From: Spirochaetia bacterium
Lineage (GTDB): Bacteria > Spirochaetota > Spirochaetia > UBA9216
Reading direction: 5' to 3'
Length of the DNA: 64,000 bases
NCBI GenBank assembly: GCA_963677925.2
Contig: CAXXYH010000003.1
Location: forward strand, 1,568,001 to 1,632,000
The notes beneath the pieces are model-generated. The model was given only the letters and a program-made list of their open reading frames with translations. It was not told where the DNA came from and made no database searches. The position numbers were made by a program, and so were the translations under genes. Shown piece after piece: positions 57,515 through 64,000 of this stretch. How positions within the stretch are numbered: the stretch's first letter is position 1; each line of letters opens with the position of its first letter.

Positions 57515-59905
57515 CTATGCATCACCGTAGCTTGTACGGGCTATTATCTCCTCCTGGAGGTCACCGGCAAGCTCGGTGAAATAGGCTGTATAGCCGGCTA
57601 CGCGGACAGTCATACTCCGGTACTTCTCGGGAGTCTCCCTGGCGGCTATCAGGTCTTCCTTCCGCAGAACGTTAAACTGGATGTGGTTTATATTCAGCCG
57701 GACGAAGGTTCTCAGAAAGCCGTTGAACTTTCTGATGCCGTCCTCAGTATAAAAAAACTCAGGAAGAAATTTCATATTAAGCAGGGTTCCGTTGCTTCCG
57801 CAGGCTGCGGGTATTCTTGATACTGATTTCAGCAGGGCTGTAGGACCTTCGATGTCGCGGCCGTACATTGCAGACATACCGCCGTCTGCAAGAGGATCCT
57901 TCGCAAGGCGCCCATCCGGTGATGCGCCTACATTCTGCCCCATCGGGACATGGGCCGAAACTGTATACAGGCCGGTGTGATACCGGCCGCCGCGGGCATT
58001 GGTAAACTCGCCCATGCGTCCTGCAAAGTAATTGACCCATTTTGCGCCTATTGCATCAACCCATTCTTCATCGTTTCCGTATTTCGGCACCCTGTTGAGC
58101 ACCCTCTGCCTGAGAACCTCGTCGGATTCCCAGTTGGTCTGAAGTGCTTTCAGCAGCCGCTCGCCGCTTACGCTTTTTTCATCATAAATAAGCTTCTTGA
58201 TTACTGCAAAGCTGTCGGCAAGATTTGCTACCTGGATGGCCTGAATACCTGACAGGTTGTACCGGGCTCCTCCCGCTGTAACGTCAACACCCTTTTCCAG
58301 ACAGTTATCGATCACCGAGGACAAAAACGCCGAGGGGACAACCTCTGCATGAAAACGGTCAACCCGATCGCACATAAGCATCATCCGGTCGATAAAATGA
58401 TCAAGCTGCTTTGTATACGCGGATTCCAGTTCTTCATAGGTTTTATAATCAGCAAGTGAACCGAGGTCCAGACCGATTTTATCTCCGGTTAAAAGACAGA
58501 TGCCGTTGTTGAGCGTAAGTTCCAGAGCCTTGTTCAGATTAAACATCGCGGCATCACTCCAGCCGAGATTATTGCCGTGGGTTGTGAGTTCGACGCAGCC
58601 TACGATAGCGTAATTTCTGGCATCATCCGGTTCTATTCCCTGGTTCATCAGTGCCGGAACAATACTCTCGTCATTAAAAATCTGGGGCATTCCGCTGCCC
58701 TTACCTATTACCCTGGCGCACTCATCAACCAGATCATCCGGACTGCCCTTGAACAGCCTGGCAGAGAGGTTCGGCTGGGGAAGGCCGATATGTTCCTGCG
58801 CCTTCAGAAACAGGAACGAAAGCTCATTGGATGAGTCCTCACCGGCAGAGGTCTGTCCGCCCAGAGCTACATTGAAACCGATTGGAAAACCGGCGAAGTA
58901 ACGGGCACTCCCTGAATTACGCAGGTATACAATCTGATTAAACTTCAGCCACAGGGCCTCAACCAGTTCAAGTGCTCTATTATAATCTATGAGTCCCTTA
59001 TCCATATCCTTCTTCCAGTAGGGATACAGATACTGATCGGCCCTGCCGGGTGAGAAGGATGAAGCGTTTGATTCCATCTGAAGAATGACGTAGAGGAACC
59101 AGAAAGACTGAAGTGCTTCATGAAAACTTTCCGCCGGTTCAGAAGCAAGCTTGCGGCAAATCCGGGCTACTTCTGAAAAATCAGCTTTAACCTTTTCATC
59201 TGCGGCTTCAGCTGCCAATCTTTCAGCCTCAGCAGCATAACGGAGAATAAACTTAAGAGTGCCTTCAAGAACGGTTTGAACTGCAGTATAGAAATTCAGG
59301 TGATCGTCCGCTGCCTTCAGGGCATTCCGTTTTGCCTCTTCAAGCAGTCCGGCAGGTCCCATGGCAAGCCAGTTTTCAGTATCAGGGCATATATGTCCCT
59401 GCGGATGATCCTTCTGGTTTATCTTTGCAACCTTGCCTATAGCCGAAACCTCATCACCTATACTGCTGTATATTCGATCCTCAAGACTCTTTCCCTTCCA
59501 GTATGGAAGAATCTCTTTTCTGAAAAGTTCAATATCTTCCGGGTGAACATTGAAACGATCCTGGGGCCTGTCGTGCAGATGCTCTATTTCACGGTCTATC
59601 CAGGAAATCCCTGCATCCGGTGAAACAACTCCCGCTCTTACACCTGCAGTACGGTTTCCAACTATCAGCTCTCCTTCATCAATTCTGATTTCAATTCTCT
59701 CCAGGGCCGCAGCAAGAGCCATTGCCCGTTTAAGCTCAATCGGCTTATCCTCATTCTGCTTATAAACAGAAGTAACTATCCGGGCCTGTTCTATGGAAAG
59801 ATAGCGCGGTTCATCAAGCATCGCGTCCTTTAATCTTCCTATCCTTTCTGATAGTTCAAGATTTTTAATTTCTTTTACATATCTGCTTCTGTCGTTATTG
59901 TTCAT
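57515..59905 (-). CDS. Glycyl radical enzyme, PflD-like
   Basis: Cys loop IVGCVEL, Gly loop VRVAGY; PflD-like RPQDRF, ESNASS, SARYFAGFP, YTVSAHVP, LADGG, SNGTLLN. Confidence 0.92.
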   Translation of the reverse strand: MNNNDRSRYVKEIKNLELSERIGRLKDAMLDEPRYLSIEQARIVTSVYKQNEDKPIELKRAMALAAALERIEIRIDEGELIVGNRTAGVRAGVVSPDAGISWIDREIEHLHDRPQDRFNVHPEDIELFRKEILPYWKGKSLEDRIYSSIGDEVSAIGKVAKINQKDHPQGHICPDTENWLAMGPAGLLEEAKRNALKAADDHLNFYTAVQTVLEGTLKFILRYAAEAERLAAEAADEKVKADFSEVARICRKLASEPAESFHEALQSFWFLYVILQMESNASSFSPGRADQYLYPYWKKDMDKGLIDYNRALELVEALWLKFNQIVYLRNSGSARYFAGFPIGFNVALGGQTSAGEDSSNELSFLFLKAQEHIGLPQPNLSARLFKGSPDDLVDECARVIGKGSGMPQIFNDESIVPALMNQGIEPDDARNYAIVGCVELTTHGNNLGWSDAAMFNLNKALELTLNNGICLLTGDKIGLDLGSLADYKTYEELESAYTKQLDHFIDRMMLMCDRVDRFHAEVVPSAFLSSVIDNCLEKGVDVTAGGARYNLSGIQAIQVANLADSFAVIKKLIYDEKSVSGERLLKALQTNWESDEVLRQRVLNRVPKYGNDEEWVDAIGAKWVNYFAGRMGEFTNARGGRYHTGLYTVSAHVPMGQNVGASPDGRLAKDPLADGGMSAMYGRDIEGPTALLKSVSRIPAACGSNGTLLNMKFLPEFFYTEDGIRKFNGFLRTFVRLNINHIQFNVLRKEDLIAARETPEKYRSMTVRVAGYTAYFTELAGDLQEEIIARTSYGDA

Positions 59906-59918
59906 TTCTCATTCCCCC

Positions 59919-61781
59919 TTATGCCAGGCCCTTTCTGATCAGGCATTCATTGGCATAGTAAATTGCTCCAACAGCCTGTGCAAACTGGGCAACCGTATAG
60001 TCCCGGTCCTCCTCAAGCTGTTTCATCAGACTTGTATTTGCCAGAGTTGAGTCTGCTATTTCAAACTCTATTTCAGGAACTACCGTTTTTGCACCCTCCA
60101 GAAGAAGGTCGTAACAGATTTTACGCTTAACAAGACGTCCGAACTGAAATCTTGTTTTTGCGGCCGGGTGCAGAATCCGCTCTGTCTCAAGCCAGGTGAC
60201 TCCAAGCGCAGCACCGATTTCAAGCCATATTTTGCGGTTGGTTTCATCGTTTTCCCTTTCTGCAAGCATCATCATATGCTCAAGAAAGGCTTTTCTCATA
60301 TCTTCAGGCTCGGTGGGAACAATCAGCCGGCTTTCCCCGTTAATCTGAACCTCCTGCACAAAGCCCTTTTCTTCAAGCTCCCTGTAAAGGTCAGGACGTT
60401 CTGCCGGAAAGTATTTTACAGCCAGCCTGAAAACACCGCTCTGACTGGTATATTTCTGAAGCGTCCCTGAAAGCCCTGTGTTGAAATTATTTACACTTCG
60501 CAGATCATCAGGATGATACTGCTGTTCCGGTACACAGCCAAGATCTATTATAAAGTTGTACACCTCAAGCGGTATATCAGGTATTGTACCATCCTCACGG
60601 ACCCAGCCTGTACCAAGCTCTGTCCCAAGAGTATGGGCAAATACCCCCTTTTCAACCATCGGAGCCTTTTCCGAAGCAGCCATTTCAACCGCCGCAGTGA
60701 AGGCCGCCATCGGTCCGTCATTTATCATGCTGACAGCCCCTGGCTTTGAACAGTACTGCTCAAGCCGTACATTAAGATCCGTAAGGCTGGTAAAATCATC
60801 CTCATAATCAATCTCGGGATTATTCCTTATGCCTCTGGTCTTGTAGACCTCCCCGCCTACAACCTTGTCCCTGATTACTACATCAGGAAAGCAGAGTCCT
60901 ATTCCGTCAAAGTTAATAATGTGATCCTTAAGAAAGGCTTCGGCATCATCACAGAAGGCAGCCATTTCAGATTCAGTCGCCTCACGCCTGAGAACTTCGG
61001 AAATTCGAACCTTGAGCTCGACCGGGACTTTATCATGAACATGAGTAAGTATGAAAATATTACGGAGCATTCTTGTAAGCAGGACTACAGGTTCAACAAG
61101 CTGCTTCGACTGTTTAAAAACAGCCGGAAACCAGTCGTATTCCTTGAAAGCAATTACCCGGCCGTCATAGACAACGGCCAGCTTGATATCAGTCCCGCCT
61201 ACATCAATTCCGCAGAGTAGCTTTCCCTCAAGGCCCTCGGCAGCTCGTCTGAATATGACAAGCCCTGATTCTCTGCCGGATTCAGAAGATACAGGTAATG
61301 GATTACCGAGAGCGCTGATATCCGAATAAACAAAACTGAAACGCTCATTATCTGAAGAAAGGGCGGCAAGCATGCGGTCAATTACATTTACGCATCTGCC
61401 GTAACCGGGCCTGTCTTTCCGGCTTAGACTGATACCGAAGGCCTCATCAAGTGAGGAGCACAGAGCGTCAAGGCTGCGGTTTGCCTTGTCATAGAAGATC
61501 TCAAGCATTCTGCCGCCAAGAGACGAAAGGATATTATAGACTTCAGCGTACAGATAACGCCTGCAAAGCTCAAATAGTATCGGCTCTGCACCTTTCGGAT
61601 CGGGGATAACTAAATCAAAGCGTGAGCGGTTTTCACCTTCAAGCGCAGTTAAAAGCATGCTTATATTCACAGTCTGCTTATTGTCCATACCAGTGAAGCA
61701 TTTTCTTACCCTGTTTATATAAACAGAATTACCTGAATCGGCATCCTTTATAAGATCCTTCCAACCCTCTGTTCCGCTCAT
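59919..61781 (-). CDS. Large divergent ROK/ASKHA-family sugar kinase-like protein
   Basis: GIDVGGTDIK, INDGPMAA, HTLGTELGTG, GTLQKYTSQSG, AQAVGA; about 185-aa N-terminal extension. Confidence 0.65.
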   Translation of the reverse strand: MSGTEGWKDLIKDADSGNSVYINRVRKCFTGMDNKQTVNISMLLTALEGENRSRFDLVIPDPKGAEPILFELCRRYLYAEVYNILSSLGGRMLEIFYDKANRSLDALCSSLDEAFGISLSRKDRPGYGRCVNVIDRMLAALSSDNERFSFVYSDISALGNPLPVSSESGRESGLVIFRRAAEGLEGKLLCGIDVGGTDIKLAVVYDGRVIAFKEYDWFPAVFKQSKQLVEPVVLLTRMLRNIFILTHVHDKVPVELKVRISEVLRREATESEMAAFCDDAEAFLKDHIINFDGIGLCFPDVVIRDKVVGGEVYKTRGIRNNPEIDYEDDFTSLTDLNVRLEQYCSKPGAVSMINDGPMAAFTAAVEMAASEKAPMVEKGVFAHTLGTELGTGWVREDGTIPDIPLEVYNFIIDLGCVPEQQYHPDDLRSVNNFNTGLSGTLQKYTSQSGVFRLAVKYFPAERPDLYRELEEKGFVQEVQINGESRLIVPTEPEDMRKAFLEHMMMLAERENDETNRKIWLEIGAALGVTWLETERILHPAAKTRFQFGRLVKRKICYDLLLEGAKTVVPEIEFEIADSTLANTSLMKQLEEDRDYTVAQFAQAVGAIYYANECLIRKGLA

Positions 61782-61871
61782 ACCTCGCCTCCGGACTGCA
61801 TTTACAACAATTATTTCATTATTTAAACTAATTATCGTTCAGGAAATGCGGGTTGTCGTTAGACGGTTTTG

Positions 61872-62729
61872 TCAGATTTCTTGGATTATTTTGCGGTCGG
61901 CTGTAGGTGAAAGTCCGGTAATCTGCTTGTACAGTCTTGAAAAGTAGTGGTAGTCGTCAATTCCAACACGTTCTGAAGCCTCAAGCAGCGTCATGTCCGG
62001 ATTATTTTTCAACAGGTACCTTGCTCTCAGGATCTTAGCCCTGTTCCAGTAACCCGAAAGAGGCATATCCATCTGCTCTTTAAAAACACGGCTGATATAG
62101 TATGAGGAGTAACCCAGTTCATTTGCTATATCATCGAGGTAAAATTTCTGGTGTATGTTTGAATCGATGTAGGTGGTAATCTTCTGGATAAGAAGCTGCT
62201 TACTGCTGTATTCCCGGGCTATTCCTGCCTTGTCAACCAGACAGTTTCTGTGCAGAAAGATCACAATTGAATGAAACAGACTTTCAATAGCCTTGTTTCT
62301 TGCAGTAAAATTATTCAGAACTTCCTCAATGAGTGCACTGAAGTACTGAGGCAGGTTGAACTGGTCGGTAAAAACGTGCTGAGTAACATGGGACATCTCA
62401 TCATACAGCTTTTTATAAACAGGATCATCAAAGAGACGAAATGCAAGATAATACATCCGGTACGGATCATGGGGATCAGCAACCGAGTGATGAACCTGAT
62501 ACGGCATGGCAAAAAACAAGTCTCCCTGTTTCACTTTATACTCGGTGTCTTCTATGATAAAGCTTCCCTTTCCGGCAGTTATCAGACATATCTCAATATC
62601 CGCACTGTGATGATGAGGCTCCCGATAGTAGTCGGGAGTACAGACCAGATCACCAAGCAGGGTAATTGATGAGATATCATCCTTATAGAGATTCTCTCTG
62701 TGAAATAGATAGTAATGCTGTAGCTTCAT
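61872..62729 (-). CDS. AraC family regulator
   Basis: PHHHSADIEI cupin; ERVGIDDYHYFSRLYKQITGLSP. Confidence 0.9.
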   Translation of the reverse strand: MKLQHYYLFHRENLYKDDISSITLLGDLVCTPDYYREPHHHSADIEICLITAGKGSFIIEDTEYKVKQGDLFFAMPYQVHHSVADPHDPYRMYYLAFRLFDDPVYKKLYDEMSHVTQHVFTDQFNLPQYFSALIEEVLNNFTARNKAIESLFHSIVIFLHRNCLVDKAGIAREYSSKQLLIQKITTYIDSNIHQKFYLDDIANELGYSSYYISRVFKEQMDMPLSGYWNRAKILRARYLLKNNPDMTLLEASERVGIDDYHYFSRLYKQITGLSPTADRKIIQEI

Positions 62730-62739
62730 ACCTCCTACA

Positions 62740-63969
62740 TCATACCATGTCTACAAAAACAAGAAGTCCTTTTTTCCTGAAATATATCAAAAGTATAAAC
62801 TGGGCAATTAGCAAGGCAGTGCAGACCATAAGAAAAGAAAAAAGCGTCACAGACATGCCCTTCCCATCACTGATTATTCCGCCGAAGAAAGTTCCTACAA
62901 TTATTCCCAGGTTAATCACTCCCTCATGAATAGCCATACTCCTCTCACGGTTGGTGCTTCCAGTTGCTCCGTAAAACTGTCCCAGAGTATAGGAAAAGCT
63001 GAGATTAAATCCCATCATACCGAAGAAAACAAGCAGGGCTGCAGGAGTCCTGGAGACCAGAAGCAGGGCAAGTGTCAGTACAGTGAGTATCTGATTAAAA
63101 AGAATCAGCCGCGGCTTAAAATGCCAGCCCTTCCATTTCCCCCAGAGAATAAAGCCCGCAGTTGAAAAGATCTGTCTGAAAAGCAGAAAAAAACCTATTA
63201 TCCCTTCCCGGTAGCCAAGACTTTCCCTCATATATGCCGGAAAAATAAAAACTATCATACCGGAAATTACATAGGTTGAGAGCACACCAAGCCTGGCAGG
63301 AAACCTGAGCGGAGTCATCTGAGTGGTTCCGATTTCTGGATCTGTATCGGCGGGTTCTTCACCCTCCTCCAGAGCCTTTACTCTTGCTTTTCTGATTTCC
63401 GCCTGCCCCTTTCTCATTTCCGGATAGATACGTGAAAATATAAAAAGAAGCAGTCCTATAAACAGCAGCATAAATATAGTTGAAATAAATGGTAGAACAA
63501 TATTTCGCTCGGTAAGAAACCCGCTTACTGCCGGGGCAATAATTCCCCCAGTAGACCACGAAAAATTATACTGGGACATGGTTTTACTCAGGTTATTACC
63601 CTCAAGACCCCATGAGACCCAGCCTGAAATTCGCGGCCAGAAAAGAGCCATGAAGAGTCCGTACAGACATCCGCAGATAAGGGTGAGACGCCAGTATGGA
63701 AAAATCTGGTAGACAGTTAACAATACAGCCATACCAAGGGCGGAAAAACCGAGAAAATACCTTGGATGCGTATTTTTATTAAGGGAAAAAGCAAGAACTC
63801 CTATTATATAGAAAAGAGTTTGTCCTGAAGTAATCATACCTATCATAGTATGATCAGCATCAAAACGCTGCTTTACGTAAAAAACAATTGCAAAACTAAC
63901 CATTCCGGTTGCCAGGCTGAATAGAAATGTAGCAGCCATTAGTATATTTAAATATGTAGGTCTGTTCAT
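62740..63969 (-). CDS. MFS transporter
   Basis: Two six-TM halves with a central hydrophilic loop; FSWSTG..IAP, HEGVINLG..GGIIS. Confidence 0.82.
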   Translation of the reverse strand: MNRPTYLNILMAATFLFSLATGMVSFAIVFYVKQRFDADHTMIGMITSGQTLFYIIGVLAFSLNKNTHPRYFLGFSALGMAVLLTVYQIFPYWRLTLICGCLYGLFMALFWPRISGWVSWGLEGNNLSKTMSQYNFSWSTGGIIAPAVSGFLTERNIVLPFISTIFMLLFIGLLLFIFSRIYPEMRKGQAEIRKARVKALEEGEEPADTDPEIGTTQMTPLRFPARLGVLSTYVISGMIVFIFPAYMRESLGYREGIIGFFLLFRQIFSTAGFILWGKWKGWHFKPRLILFNQILTVLTLALLLVSRTPAALLVFFGMMGFNLSFSYTLGQFYGATGSTNRERSMAIHEGVINLGIIVGTFFGGIISDGKGMSVTLFSFLMVCTALLIAQFILLIYFRKKGLLVFVDMV

Positions 63970-64000
63970 AATATATAATTTGAATCTATATTCAGGAGTA

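Noticed and set aside
57515-59905. Pyruvate formate-lyase feeding Fhs
   Set aside because: It has a single Cys (GCVE) rather than the CC pair of true PFL, so it belongs to the eliminase/isomerase class.
1-64000. CRISPR arrays, tRNA/rRNA, IS elements, integrases, defence or phage genes
   Set aside because: None recognised by eye. Very short or highly divergent elements could have been missed.

Overview
64 kb of bacterial chromosome, most likely a free-living anaerobic spirochaete. That call rests on spirochaete-style MCPs, HisKA_2 kinases and beta-barrel/lipoprotein genes, alongside several Firmicutes-like metabolic cassettes. No rRNA, tRNA, CRISPR, transposase or phage genes were recognised. 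In order, the window holds: ETF-alpha and acyl-CoA dehydrogenase; a VTC/DUF4956/Cthe_2159 operon; a 2-oxoacid/acetoin dehydrogenase operon whose E1-alpha is split by a 1-nt frameshift; an AbfD-like flavo-FeS enzyme; decayed gene relics (22.6-23.5 kb and 25.5-25.8 kb); an fhs-folD-fchA-formate channel cassette; two OmpR-type two-component systems; an uncharacterised cluster at 37.4-44.3 kb; a SorC-controlled kinase/aldolase/GlpA-like cluster; and a PflD-like glycyl radical enzyme with a giant ROK-like kinase. The 37.4-44.3 kb cluster encodes a GcvT-like protein, a Cys-motif V4R-like protein, a remodelled PanB-like protein, an SDR, a truncated trigger factor and two LuxR paralogues. Strongest new signal: a 16-bp 7-2-7 palindrome (consensus TACATAA-NN-TTATGYA) occurs five times, each 22-24 bp upstream of a TAnnnT -10 box. 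It ties the distant fhs/folD/fchA/formate-channel cassette to the 37.4-44.3 kb cluster, suggesting an undescribed LuxR-activated, tetrahydrofolate-dependent C1-stripping catabolic regulon. All family assignments are by-eye motif recognition; no searches were run.
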